From contig CAZYAW010000088.1 in assembly GCA_964646045.1 (NCBI GenBank), positions 239 through 64,238 on the forward strand: a stretch of DNA of 64,000 nucleotides. The letters run 5' to 3'. This document shows positions 29,276-39,842 of the stretch, piece by piece. Within the stretch, counting starts at the first letter, position 1, and each line of letters begins with the position of its first letter. The notes under the pieces were generated by a model. It saw only the letters and a list, made by a program, of their open reading frames with translations, was not told where the DNA came from and made no database searches. A program made the position numbers and the translations under genes. This DNA comes from an uncultured Victivallales bacterium (GTDB lineage: Bacteria; Verrucomicrobiota; Kiritimatiellia; UBA8416; SLMC01).

Positions 29276-31485
29276 GCGGTTTTCATTCCCCTCGCTCTAC
29301 GCCGGCCGAATCGCAAGGCCAGAAACGCCTCGACGCCCAGCACGATCAGCACGATCCAAAGAAAAAACTGCGAAAACTCCGTGACGGCATGCATTTTGGC
29401 CGCCAAGTCCTCGATCGGAACCTCGGGGTTGACCCACGTGTACTGGCCGCGCCCGAATGCGTTTCTGAATCCGGACTCGGACAGGCGGCTGAGGTCCCCC
29501 TGTTCGGAACGGGGATTGACGACGAAGCGGGTGCGCGGCACCACGCCGGGCAGCGTATCCACGAAACGGTAGACTCCCTGCTGGTCGGTATCCTCGTAGC
29601 GCACGAACCAGGCGTCCTCCTGATCCGGACGGGCTTGCGGGGTCAGGCGCGAACGCTGTCCGTCGGGCGCCTGCAGAATCAGGTGCTGGGCGCTGACGAA
29701 AACCAGTTGCTCGAAGGGGTCGCCCGCATCCACATTGACCTTCTCGTCCGGGTTGCCCATCAGGTAGCGCAGCGTATCCTGAACGAGAACGGGGTATTCG
29801 ATCACGGCGGGCAGGTAGGTCCAATGCGCGCCGGCCGTCGCGTTGGCCAGCAGCACGCGTCCGCGACCGTACTCCTTCTCGATCAGGAAAGGCGTGCCGT
29901 CGGACATCGCCAACGCGACCCGGGCGCCCTCCTGCAGATTCAGATTGTAGAGGACCGAAAAACGGGCGTCGCGGGCGACGCTGGCGCCCAGGGCGTGCAG
30001 GGCGGGATGCGTGGAGGCCCCGAAATTCAGGTAGGGGCGCGCATCGGAATCGGCGGCGTCGGCCGTGATCGTCTTGACATCGAGCAGCGCGCCGGGCAAC
30101 GGGCCCTGGCCTTCCGCGTAGAAATGACGGTTGTAGTCGAAGGCGTTGATGTTCGGCCCGAGAAAGAACCACAGGGAACCGCCGGCGGCGGCATACTGTT
30201 TCAGCCGCGCGCCCAGCGATTCGTCCACGTGGGCCAACTGGGTGGCGATCATCACGGGATAGCGGTCGAGATTTTCGTAGCGCAGCATCGAGGGATGAAT
30301 CGACGTGGCGGAGAAGCGCGTGACCTTTTCCATGGCCGGATGCGTGGGCGGCGCGATGGCGCGCGTCAGGAAGACGCTTTCCATGCGCAGCGGATCGACG
30401 GCCGTTTCCGCTTGCGTTTCCGGGGCCGCCGCCCCGGTCACCGGCGCCGTCTCGTCCAGAATCAGCACGGGAAACGTCTCGGGCACGGTGCAGAGGTAGG
30501 CGCGCTGGTTGTCGATGAGGTGCTGGTCGCCTTCGACCACGGCCTCGACGACGTATTCGCCCGGCTGCGCGAAGGTGTGATCGAAACTGACGACCGCCGG
30601 TTTCTCGCCCGGTTCGAAGTAGCGCACGTCCTTGCTGTCGCCGTCGACCACCAGCGTCACCGAAGGCCGGGCGTCGCGCGGCGGACGCCCCCAGGTTCCC
30701 ACCTGTACCTGAAAGGTGACGGGCAATTTCGTGGAAAGGGCGAACTCCGTCGGGCGCAATTCGGAGAGAACATAGTTGAAGTCGTGCTTGCTGCCCACGT
30801 CCACCAGGTAAAGATCGTTCTTTTCGCCCAGTTCGCCCAGCAGCCGGGACGTTTCGGCGGCCAGCCCGCCGGGCGGCGACCACGTGTTACGCTGAAAGTC
30901 CGAGAAGACATAGACTTCCGCCGCCGTTTCGTCTTCGGCGCGTTTGAAGTACTCGCTCATCCACTGCAGCGCGGAGGCGGCCGGAACGGCGCCCAGCGTG
31001 GCTCGCAGGGCATCGACCTTGGCGGCTGCGGTGTGGGCGTCGGTCTCCTTTTCCAGTACGCCCTCGGCGCGCGTGCCGAAGGACAGGACGGTAATCAGAG
31101 CATCGCCCTCGACCCCGCGGATCAGACCGGACGCGCGCCGCTGGGCCACGCCGAAGGCCGTAGTGACGCCCACCTGCTGATGCATGCTGGCCGTCGCGTC
31201 CAGGGCGATGACCAGATGACGCCGCCGTCCGTCGCCCATCATACCGTGGCGCACTTGCGGACGCGCCAGTGCCAGCGCCAACAGCAAAAGCAGCAGCGTG
31301 CGCACCAGCAGCAGGATGCGATCCTGCCGTTTAATGTTCTCCTGATCCTTGTTGCGCAGCAGAAAGCGCAACGTCGGCAGATCGACCTGACGCTTGCGTC
31401 GGCGAAACAGCCATTCAATGATCCAGGGAAGAGCGGCCGCCAGAAGGGCCAACAGCATGAGAGGGTTGCCGAAAAAAGAGGTCAC
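29272..31485 (-). CDS. BatA-like vWA-domain membrane protein; start probably GTG 31485 (or ATG 31458)
   Basis: BatA-type N-terminus (NPLMLLALLAAALPWIIEWLFRRRKR...LRFL), vWA motif (IALDATASM), and a C-terminal TM helix. GGGAG Shine-Dalgarno upstream of the GTG. Confidence 0.6.
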   Translation of the reverse strand: MTSFFGNPLMLLALLAAALPWIIEWLFRRRKRQVDLPTLRFLLRNKDQENIKRQDRILLLVRTLLLLLLALALARPQVRHGMMGDGRRRHLVIALDATASMHQQVGVTTAFGVAQRRASGLIRGVEGDALITVLSFGTRAEGVLEKETDAHTAAAKVDALRATLGAVPAASALQWMSEYFKRAEDETAAEVYVFSDFQRNTWSPPGGLAAETSRLLGELGEKNDLYLVDVGSKHDFNYVLSELRPTEFALSTKLPVTFQVQVGTWGRPPRDARPSVTLVVDGDSKDVRYFEPGEKPAVVSFDHTFAQPGEYVVEAVVEGDQHLIDNQRAYLCTVPETFPVLILDETAPVTGAAAPETQAETAVDPLRMESVFLTRAIAPPTHPAMEKVTRFSATSIHPSMLRYENLDRYPVMIATQLAHVDESLGARLKQYAAAGGSLWFFLGPNINAFDYNRHFYAEGQGPLPGALLDVKTITADAADSDARPYLNFGASTHPALHALGASVARDARFSVLYNLNLQEGARVALAMSDGTPFLIEKEYGRGRVLLANATAGAHWTYLPAVIEYPVLVQDTLRYLMGNPDEKVNVDAGDPFEQLVFVSAQHLILQAPDGQRSRLTPQARPDQEDAWFVRYEDTDQQGVYRFVDTLPGVVPRTRFVVNPRSEQGDLSRLSESGFRNAFGRGQYTWVNPEVPIEDLAAKMHAVTEFSQFFLWIVLIVLGVEAFLALRFGRRRARGMKTA

Positions 31486-31841
31486 AAAACGCTCCCGTAT
31501 CAAGTTGATTGTCCACCCGCAACGCTTATGCGGCATTCCTGCCGTCGGCACGGGAGCCGAGCGCCGGGGACGCGGCCCCGTGCCAACAACCTTTGAGCCG
31601 ACATTCCCGCCCTAGGCAAAGTCGCAACTAGCAAACACGATGGAAGTCATTAACAGGCATTGGGGACATTGTCAATAGACAAACAAAAAAAAAACCGAAA
31701 CCGCGCGCAAAGGCCGGCAGATCTCGTTACGCCCCGAACCCCGCCGCCTTGTATCGCGGGGGACGACTCCCAAACGAGAACGGCTGGGCGAACGCACATT
31801 GCTGTTGACGACGCATGGCCCGATGCGCTATGGGTGGCGGC

Positions 31842-32324
31842 ATGCGATGGCCCGAAACCAAAATTTACTCGCGACAAGCGCTGGCGGAGGAATGTCGGAA
31901 GCTCCGCAAACAGGGGAAAACGGTGGTTTTCACCAACGGATGCTTCGACGTGCTGCACGCCGGGCATCTGGACTACCTTCTGTTTGCGCGCAAGCAGGGC
32001 GACCGCCTGATGGTGGGCCTGAATTCCGACGCGTCCGTACGACGCAACAAGGGGGAAGAGCGTCCCGTCGTCAACGAAAACGAGCGCCAACGCCTGCTGG
32101 CGGCCCTGGAAGCCGTGGACGGCGTTACCCTGTTCGACGAGGACGAGCCGCGCGCGCTGATCGAAACGCTGTTGCCGGATGTTCTGGTCAAGGGCGCAGA
32201 CTGGTCGCACTACGTTTCCGGCCGGGAAGCCGTGGAAGCGAACGGGGGACGCGTGGTTCTGGCGCCGCTGACGCCCGGTCGTTCGACCACCGATCTGATC
32301 CGGCGCCTGCGGGAGCGAACATGA
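31842..32324 (+). CDS. D-glycero-beta-D-manno-heptose 1-phosphate adenylyltransferase (RfaE/HldE domain II only)
   Basis: Cytidylyltransferase motif (VVFTNGCFDVLHAGHLDYL). About 160 aa with no kinase domain. The ATGA overlap onto hldD was checked against the sequence. Confidence 0.7.
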   Translation: MRWPETKIYSRQALAEECRKLRKQGKTVVFTNGCFDVLHAGHLDYLLFARKQGDRLMVGLNSDASVRRNKGEERPVVNENERQRLLAALEAVDGVTLFDEDEPRALIETLLPDVLVKGADWSHYVSGREAVEANGGRVVLAPLTPGRSTTDLIRRLRERT

Positions 32325-33301
32325 GCCGGCCCTCGTACATTGTAACCGGCGGAGCCGGCTTCATCGGGGCCAACATCGTGGCGGCCCTCAATCGGCGCGG
32401 CGAAGAGAACATCCTGATCGTCGACAATCCCGACGACCCCGTTCGCATCTCCTATTTGGACTATTTAAGGTATAGAGATCTGGTCGATCCGGCCGCGTTT
32501 CGCCGCCGCATTAAAGAGCGTCCAACCGCCATGACCGCGCGAACCGTGTTCCATATGGGCGCCTGCAGTTCCACAACGGAGCTGGACCACGCTTTCCTGG
32601 CAGACAACAATACCGGCTACACCCGCGCCCTGTGCGAGTGGTGTCTGCGTCGCGGCGCGCGTTTCGTGTACGCCTCCAGCGCGGCCACCTACGGCGACGG
32701 TCGCGGCGGCTACGCGGACGACGAGAACCGGCTGGCCGAACTGGAACCTCTCAACCCCTACGGCTGGTCGAAGCACCGCTTCGATCTTTGGGCGCGGACC
32801 AACGGCGTGCTGGACCGCATAGCGGGTCTTAAATACTTCAACGTGTACGGTCCGCGCGAGGACCACAAAGGCGACATGCGCTCGGTGATTCACAAGGCGT
32901 GCGGCCAAATTCGCGACACGGGAGAAGTCCGCCTGTTTCGCTCACACCGCCCTCCGTGGCGGGACGGCGAGCAGGCCCGCGATTTTCTGCATGTCGACGA
33001 CGCCGTCGCGGTCACGCTTTTTTTCGGCGACCGGCCCGGGATCGGCGGCCTTTTCAACTGCGGAACCGGGCAGGCCCGTACGTTTGCGGATCTGGCCGCC
33101 GCGGTCTTCGCGGCCATGGGCCGCGAGCCGCGGATTGTTTTCACGGACATGCCCGCAGCGTTGCGAGCCCGCTATCAGTACCATACGCAGGCTGAAATCG
33201 CCAAGCTGCGCGGCGTCGGCTATCGACAGCCGTTTTTATCCCTGGAAGAGGGGGTCCGCTCCTATGTGCAGGACTGGCTGATCCCCCGCTTGTCCGTCTG
33301 A
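32321..33301 (+). CDS. hldD: ADP-L-glycero-D-manno-heptose 6-epimerase
   Basis: Rossmann motif (YIVTGGAGFIGANIV), catalytic YxxxK (YGWSK), 326 aa. Confidence 0.7.
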   Translation: MSRPSYIVTGGAGFIGANIVAALNRRGEENILIVDNPDDPVRISYLDYLRYRDLVDPAAFRRRIKERPTAMTARTVFHMGACSSTTELDHAFLADNNTGYTRALCEWCLRRGARFVYASSAATYGDGRGGYADDENRLAELEPLNPYGWSKHRFDLWARTNGVLDRIAGLKYFNVYGPREDHKGDMRSVIHKACGQIRDTGEVRLFRSHRPPWRDGEQARDFLHVDDAVAVTLFFGDRPGIGGLFNCGTGQARTFADLAAAVFAAMGREPRIVFTDMPAALRARYQYHTQAEIAKLRGVGYRQPFLSLEEGVRSYVQDWLIPRLSV

Positions 33302-33345
33302 ACCCCCTTTGAGATCGACGTTTCGCAAACCAAGAAGGAGATGCC

Positions 33346-34599
33346 ATGCCCTTTCAGAAAATCGTCGTGCCGCCCGAGGGTCGGCCGATCCAATACGAAA
33401 CCCGCGGTCCCTTGCAGGTGCCCGACTGCCCGATCGTGCCTTTTGTGGAAGGCGACGGCATCGGACCCGACATCATGGCGGCGGCCATGATCGTCTGGAA
33501 CGCCGCCGTTGAAAAAGCCTATGCGGGACGCCGCCGCATCGCCTGGACGGAAGTGTACGCCGGAGAAAAAGCGTGCGCGACCTACGGCGCGGACGTCTGG
33601 CTTCCCGACGAGACGCTGGAGGCGATTCGCCGCTACGTCGTGGCCGTCAAAGGCCCCCTGACCACGCCGATAGGCGGAGGTTTCCGTTCGCTCAACGTGG
33701 CGCTGCGTCAGCGCCTCGATCTGTACGTGTGCCTGCGCCCCGTGCGCTGGTTCCCGAACGTGCCGTCGCCCGTCCGTCATCCGGAACGAACCGACATGGT
33801 GGTGTTTCGCGAAAACACCGAGGACATTTACGCCGGCATCGAGTGGGAGGCCGGCAGTCGTGAAGCGCAACGGCTGCTGCGTTTTCTGGAGAAAGACCTG
33901 GGCGTGAAGGGGATTCGCTTCCCCGAAACGTCCGCGCTGGGCCTGAAACCGATTTCCGAACAGGGTTCCAAGCGCCTGATACGCGCGGCCATTCGCTACG
34001 CCTGGGAGAACAAGCGGCCCAGCGTCACGCTGGTCCACAAGGGCAACATCATGAAATACACCGAAGGCGCTTTCAAACGCTGGGGCTACGAGCTGGCGCG
34101 CGGTGAAATGGCGGACATCGCCGTAGCCGCCGAAGACTGCGACTGGCAAGCGCCGCAAGGCAAGGTTCTGGTCAAGGATGTGATTGCGGACGCCTTTCTA
34201 CAGCAGATTCTGACGCGCCCGGCCGACTATTCGGTGGTGGCCACCATGAACTTGAACGGGGACTACATTTCCGACGCGCTGGCGGCCTGTGTCGGCGGCA
34301 TCGGCATCGCGCCGGGCGGCAACATCAACTATGAAACCGGTGCGGCCGTGTTCGAGGCCACGCATGGCACCGCCCCGAAATACGCCGGCCTGGACAAGGT
34401 CAATCCCGGATCGATCATTCTTTCGGGGGTCATGATGCTGGAATACATGGGCTGGCAGGAAGCGGCCGACCTGATTGTCGCAGCGCTCTGCCGCACTTTC
34501 GGCGAAAAGATATTCACCTACGATTTCGCGCGTTTGACCGCGAACGCCCGCGAAGTGGGCTGCCGACAGTTCGGACGGGAAGTGGCCCTGCGCATGTGA
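33346..34599 (+). CDS. icd: NADP-dependent isocitrate dehydrogenase
   Basis: IDH motifs ([29 protein letters not shown]), 417 aa. Confidence 0.85.
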   Translation: MPFQKIVVPPEGRPIQYETRGPLQVPDCPIVPFVEGDGIGPDIMAAAMIVWNAAVEKAYAGRRRIAWTEVYAGEKACATYGADVWLPDETLEAIRRYVVAVKGPLTTPIGGGFRSLNVALRQRLDLYVCLRPVRWFPNVPSPVRHPERTDMVVFRENTEDIYAGIEWEAGSREAQRLLRFLEKDLGVKGIRFPETSALGLKPISEQGSKRLIRAAIRYAWENKRPSVTLVHKGNIMKYTEGAFKRWGYELARGEMADIAVAAEDCDWQAPQGKVLVKDVIADAFLQQILTRPADYSVVATMNLNGDYISDALAACVGGIGIAPGGNINYETGAAVFEATHGTAPKYAGLDKVNPGSIILSGVMMLEYMGWQEAADLIVAALCRTFGEKIFTYDFARLTANAREVGCRQFGREVALRM

Positions 34600-34728
34600 T
34601 CTCCGCGTTTTGCGACTAGGACATTCTTCCGGTTTTTCAACCATTCCGCCTCCCTATGGGATCGCACCGTAACGGGACAGGATGTCCGCAAGACGGGCGG
34701 CGGAAACGAGCGGCGCCCGAGCCTCGCG

Positions 34729-34785
34729 TAAAAAAAAGAAAAAAAGAATAAAAAATGTTGACATCTTTTTGTCGCCTGCTAGTGT
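34729..34785 (+). promoter_or_regulatory. AT-rich UP-like tract plus TTGACA-N16-TAGTGT promoter for tRNA-Thr/tuf cluster
   Basis: A-tract at 34729-34757 in an otherwise 65%-GC sequence. -35 TTGACA at 34758-34763 and -10 TAGTGT at 34780-34785. About 130 nt upstream of tRNA-Thr. Confidence 0.4.
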
Positions 34786-34917
34786 TTGCGCTCGTTTTGT
34801 CTCAAACAGGCCGGAAACACGGCGGAAAACAGTATACGGCATGGCGCCGACGGGCGCGGCATGGCGCGTCCGGCCCTTTCAGCCAACAGGGAAGGTTTGC
34901 CCGAGCCGGAATGGCAA

Positions 34918-34990
34918 GCCCATGTAGCTCAGTTGGCAGAGCACATCCTTGGTAAGGATGAGGTCAGCGGTTCGATCCCGCTCATGGGCT
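34918..34990 (+). tRNA. tRNA-Thr (anticodon GGU)
   Basis: Cloverleaf: acceptor GCCCATG/CATGGGC, D-arm TAGCTCAGTTGGCAGAGCA, anticodon loop TTGGTAA, T-arm GGTTCGATCC. Confidence 0.85.
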
Positions 34991-35043
34991 CCGCGGCCGC
35001 GACGAACGCGAAAAAACAGTAACACTCGTAAGGAGAGAACATC

Positions 35044-36252
<1,209 letters not shown>

Positions 36253-36306
36253 CGTTGAATTCTTCATTCGCGCCCTCTGGAAATCGGAAGAAGGCGGAGA
36301 TCGCTT

Positions 36307-36459
36307 ATGCCTAGGGAACTGGTGGTTCTGGCCTGCGCGGAATGCAAAAGGCGCAATTATACAACGGACCGCAACAAGAAATCCGGATCCGGCCGTCTGG
36401 AAATCACGAAGTACTGCCGCTTCGACAATAAGCGGACTGTACACAAGGAAACGAAGTAA
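36307..36459 (+). CDS. rpmG: 50S ribosomal protein L33
   Basis: Translation [50 protein letters not shown]. Too short to appear in the ORF track. Confidence 0.85.
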   Translation: MPRELVVLACAECKRRNYTTDRNKKSGSGRLEITKYCRFDNKRTVHKETK

Positions 36460-36476
36460 AGCCGACTTTTTCCGGA

Positions 36477-36553
36477 AGGCCAGTAGCTCAATTTGGCAGA
36501 GCGCCGGTCTCCAAAACCGGAAGTTGGGGGTTCGAGTCCCTCCTGGCCTGCCA
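36477..36553 (+). tRNA. tRNA-Trp (anticodon CCA)
   Basis: Acceptor AGGCCAG/CTGGCCT, anticodon loop CTCCAAA, T-loop GGTTCGAGTCC, encoded 3' CCA. Canonical position between rpmG and secE. Confidence 0.9.
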
Positions 36554-36715
36554 TGCGAGGGTCTTCCCGTTGCTCCACCAAATGGAAAAGCGTGCGGCGA
36601 TTTGATGGGTAAACGGTTAGCGCCGGGTTTGCTGCAGGTTGGCGTGGCGTTGTGCAGGCAGGCCGCCAACGCGCAAGAGGTCGGACAAGCGAAGGACCGC
36701 TCGGGAGCGTGCGCA

Positions 36716-36934
36716 ATGGAAAACAAGACGACTGTTTCGCTAAAAGGCAAAGTCAAGACGTTCTGGGACGAAGTCGTGGCGGAAACCGTGAAATGCGAGT
36801 GGCCGTCGCGGCAGTCGCTGATGGAATCGACGGTCGTCGTGATTTTCACGGTGGTTTTGCTGAGTGTTTTTGTCGGAATCAGCGACCGCTTTCTGGTCCG
36901 TCTGATCGGACTGTTGACTCCGACCGGGGGTTGA
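36716..36934 (+). CDS. secE: Preprotein translocase subunit SecE
   Basis: 72-aa single-TM protein (MENKTTVSLKGKVKTFWDEVVAETVKCEWPSRQSLMESTVVVIFTVVLL...) directly upstream of nusG. Confidence 0.8.
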   Translation: MENKTTVSLKGKVKTFWDEVVAETVKCEWPSRQSLMESTVVVIFTVVLLSVFVGISDRFLVRLIGLLTPTGG

Positions 36935-36942
36935 GCGCCGTT

Positions 36943-37494
36943 ATGCAGAAAGAATGGTTCGTAGTGCATACCCTTACGGGGCAGGAGCAAAAGGTGAGAG
37001 ACAGCCTTCTGCACAGGATCCCTTTCGAGAGCATGGAGGAACACATCGATCAGGTCGTGATCCCGATGGAAAATGTCTCCGAAATCAAAAAAGGCGTTAA
37101 AACGACGGTTCGCAAGAAATTTTTCCCGGGATATGTACTGCTGCACATCGCTCTGTACGACGATCAACGCAAAGTCCGGGAAAACAGTTGGCATTTTATA
37201 CAGGACACCCCGGGCGTCATTCGCTTTATGGGGGGCAACAAGCCTACTCCGCTCAGCGAAGAGGAAATGGTGCAGATCCTGAGTCAGATGGAAGAGAAGA
37301 GCGAAAAGGCACGACCGAAAATCACCTTTGAGCCGGGAGAATCGGTAAAGATCAACGACGGACCGTTCCTGAACTTTAGCGGTACGGTGGAAGAGGCCGA
37401 TCCCGACCGGGGGAAGCTGAAAGTTTCGGTGGCCATTTTCGGCAGGACGGCTCCCGTCGAGTTGGAGTACTGGCAAGTGGAACGAATGGAATAG
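36943..37494 (+). CDS. nusG: Transcription termination/antitermination factor NusG
   Basis: NGN domain ([14 protein letters not shown]) and KOW motif ([20 protein letters not shown]). Confidence 0.9.
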   Translation: MQKEWFVVHTLTGQEQKVRDSLLHRIPFESMEEHIDQVVIPMENVSEIKKGVKTTVRKKFFPGYVLLHIALYDDQRKVRENSWHFIQDTPGVIRFMGGNKPTPLSEEEMVQILSQMEEKSEKARPKITFEPGESVKINDGPFLNFSGTVEEADPDRGKLKVSVAIFGRTAPVELEYWQVERME

Positions 37495-37537
37495 CGTACG
37501 CGACAACGAACGAGACGGAAGGGCGAGGAATAGATTC

Positions 37538-37966
37538 ATGGCCAAGCGCATTACCGGGAAAATCAAACTGCAGATTCCGGCCGGACAAGCCAACCCGGCT
37601 CCGCCGGTGGGTCCCGCACTGGGACAGCAGGGCGTGAACATCATGGAGTTTTGCAAGGCGTTCAATGCCGCCACGCAAAGCCAGGCCGGAATGGTGGTTC
37701 CGGTCGTCATCACGGTATATCACGACAAGTCTTTTTCGTTCATTACCAAGAGCCCGCCGGCCGCTTCCCTGCTCAAGCGTTCGGCCGGACTGGCCAAAGG
37801 ATCGGCCCAGCCCAATCGCGACAAAGTCGGAACGGTGACGCAAACGCAAATCATGGAAATCGTCAAAATCAAGGAGAAGGACCTGAATGCCATCGACGCC
37901 GAGCATGCCGCCAGAATGATTGCGGGAACCGCTCGCAGTATGGGGGTTCAAGTGGTGGAGGGCTGA
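37538..37966 (+). CDS. rplK: 50S ribosomal protein L11
   Basis: L11 motifs ([30 protein letters not shown]). Confidence 0.9.
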   Translation: MAKRITGKIKLQIPAGQANPAPPVGPALGQQGVNIMEFCKAFNAATQSQAGMVVPVVITVYHDKSFSFITKSPPAASLLKRSAGLAKGSAQPNRDKVGTVTQTQIMEIVKIKEKDLNAIDAEHAARMIAGTARSMGVQVVEG

Positions 37967-37989
37967 GCCCTCATTCGGAGTTCTACGCT

Positions 37990-38673
37990 ATGGGCAACAA
38001 CGGCAAACAATATCGGAAATCGGCGGAGGAAGCTCCGGAGTCGCCTGTCGATCTGGGCGCGGCCATTGAGTTTTTCAAAAGCCAGACGACCGCCAAGTTC
38101 GACGAGACCATGGAACTGGCGGTTCGGCTGGGCATCGATCCCAAACGCTCCGAATTGGCGGTGAGGGGCGTCGCGCATCTTCCGCACGGCAGCGGCAAGA
38201 ACGTTCGCGTTCTGGTGTTCGCCACGGGTCAGGCCGCCGAGGCGGCTCGCCAGGCGGGGGCGGAGCATGTCGGCATGGACGACATGATCGAGAAGGTTAA
38301 GGGCGGGTGGACCGATTTCGACGTGGCCGTGGCTACGCCGGAAGCCATGCAGGAAGTGCGCAAGCTGGGCCGTGTGCTCGGTCCGCGCGGGCTCATGCCC
38401 AATCCGAAAACCGGCACGGTGACGGACGATACCGGCAAGGCGGTGGAACAAAGCAAAGCCGGCAAAGTGGACTTCCGTATGGACCGTCACGGCAATGTGC
38501 ATGTTCCGTTTGGTAAAAAATCGTTTGAAAAAGATCAGCTTGTGGAGAACGCCGAGGCCGTTTTGTCCGCCATCCGCGCGGAACGGCCCGCCGCGGCCAA
38601 GGGGACTTATATTAAAAGCTGCGCCGTAAGCTCCACCATGGGCGTAGGCTTGCGTATTCTGACGGGGAACTGA
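37990..38673 (+). CDS. rplA: 50S ribosomal protein L1
   Basis: L1 motifs ([36 protein letters not shown]). The start MGNNGK lies inside a longer ORF-track frame. Confidence 0.9.
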   Translation: MGNNGKQYRKSAEEAPESPVDLGAAIEFFKSQTTAKFDETMELAVRLGIDPKRSELAVRGVAHLPHGSGKNVRVLVFATGQAAEAARQAGAEHVGMDDMIEKVKGGWTDFDVAVATPEAMQEVRKLGRVLGPRGLMPNPKTGTVTDDTGKAVEQSKAGKVDFRMDRHGNVHVPFGKKSFEKDQLVENAEAVLSAIRAERPAAAKGTYIKSCAVSSTMGVGLRILTGN

Positions 38674-38677
38674 CATC

Positions 38678-39220
38678 ATGGCAACGGAACAAAAAAGAAT
38701 TCGTCCGGAGAAGCTGGCTATACAGAAGGAAGTCGCGGCCCGGCTGCAAAGCGGCGACTATGTGCTTCTGGTCGATCATAGCGGCATGACCGTCGAGCAG
38801 ACGGGCGATCTGCGGCAGCGCCTGCGTCAGGTGCAGGCCCAATTCAACGTGACGGGGAACACGCTGCTGGCGCGAACCGCCCGACGGATGGAATGGGACG
38901 AGGCGCCCGGTGCGCAATCCGGCCCCACCGCCATGATCGTCGGCACTGGCGAAATCACCGAAACCGCCAAAATTCTGAAGCTTTTCAGCCGCGAGAGCAA
39001 GCTGGCGCCGCCCAAGGGCGGATGGCTGGAGGGGCGAGCGCTTAGCGCGGCCGACGTGATGGCTCTTGCGGACATCCCGTCACGCGAAGCGCTGCTCGGG
39101 AAAATGCTGGGAACCCTGATCGCGCTGCCGACGCAACTGGCCGGAGTCTTTCAATCCAAGGTTTGCAGTTTGCTTTACGTGCTCAAAGCGGTGGAAGACA
39201 AAAAAGGCGAATCTCAATGA
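38678..39220 (+). CDS. rplJ: 50S ribosomal protein L10
   Basis: L10 features and position. Confidence 0.9.
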   Translation: MATEQKRIRPEKLAIQKEVAARLQSGDYVLLVDHSGMTVEQTGDLRQRLRQVQAQFNVTGNTLLARTARRMEWDEAPGAQSGPTAMIVGTGEITETAKILKLFSRESKLAPPKGGWLEGRALSAADVMALADIPSREALLGKMLGTLIALPTQLAGVFQSKVCSLLYVLKAVEDKKGESQ

Positions 39221-39265
39221 TATAGCCGGATCAGCGGCAACAACAAGGAACAGGAGAAGTGAGTC

Positions 39266-39715
39266 ATGGCTGAAGAACAGGATAAGTCGGAATTGAAAGA
39301 AGAGACGGCCGGCGACGAGAAAAAAACGGCGGTCACGGGGAAAATGGCCGAATTTGTCGACTGGGTCGAAGGCATCACGGTTCTGGAACTCTCGCAACTG
39401 GTAAAGGCTCTGGAAGACCGACTGGGAGTATCCGCCGCGGCGCCCGTGGCGGTGGCGGCCGGGCCGGCCGGAGGCGATGCCGGCGCGGCGGCCGCGGAAG
39501 AACAAACGGAGTTCACGGTCGTCCTCACCGGCTTCGGATCGCAGAAGATCGGCGTGATCAAGGAAGTGCGCGCCATCACGGGACTGGGCCTGAAAGACGC
39601 CAAAGACCTGGTAGAGGGCGCGCCCAAGCCGGTCAAGGAAGCGGTCAGCAAGGAAGAGGCCGAATCCATCCGCAAAAAGCTGGAGGAAGCCGGCGGCAGC
39701 GTCGAAGTGAAATAG
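39266..39715 (+). CDS. rplL: 50S ribosomal protein L7/L12 (with ~26-aa N-terminal extension if the ATG at 39266 is used)
   Basis: [26 protein letters not shown], a hinge [14 protein letters not shown], and a C-terminal domain ([28 protein letters not shown]). Confidence 0.85.
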   Translation: MAEEQDKSELKEETAGDEKKTAVTGKMAEFVDWVEGITVLELSQLVKALEDRLGVSAAAPVAVAAGPAGGDAGAAAAEEQTEFTVVLTGFGSQKIGVIKEVRAITGLGLKDAKDLVEGAPKPVKEAVSKEEAESIRKKLEEAGGSVEVK

Positions 39716-39735
39716 GCGCGAATAATTGCGGGAGG

Positions 39736-39777
39736 ACGCGCGAATTCAAAACGTCGCGATTCGCGCGTTCTTCTTTT
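39736..39777 (+). terminator. rplL-rpoB intergenic hairpin (10-bp stem ACGCGCGAAT/ATTCGCGCGT) plus T-rich tail; attenuator-type terminator
   Basis: Perfect 10-bp inverted repeat, 13-nt loop, followed by TCTTCTTTT. Classic position between rplL and rpoB. Confidence 0.5.
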
Positions 39778-39842
39778 GAGTGACGGTCTGAAAACAACTG
39801 TCGACAGTTCGCAAACGTTGTTATCGCGGAAGGGAAGCCTCT

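Noticed and set aside
10325-31522. Shared 11-mer TTGTCCACCCG at 10325 and 31512, both in promoter regions; considered as a DnaA-box-like or regulator site.
   Set aside because: With 64 kb, hundreds of chance 11-mer repeats are expected. There is only one copy per region and no DnaA-box cluster.
39266-39343. Considered trimming rplL to the internal ATG at 39344 ([10 protein letters not shown]).
   Set aside because: The upstream ATG at 39266 has an AGGAG Shine-Dalgarno 9 nt upstream, and the extension is in frame and hydrophilic. Kept the long form but flagged it as uncertain.
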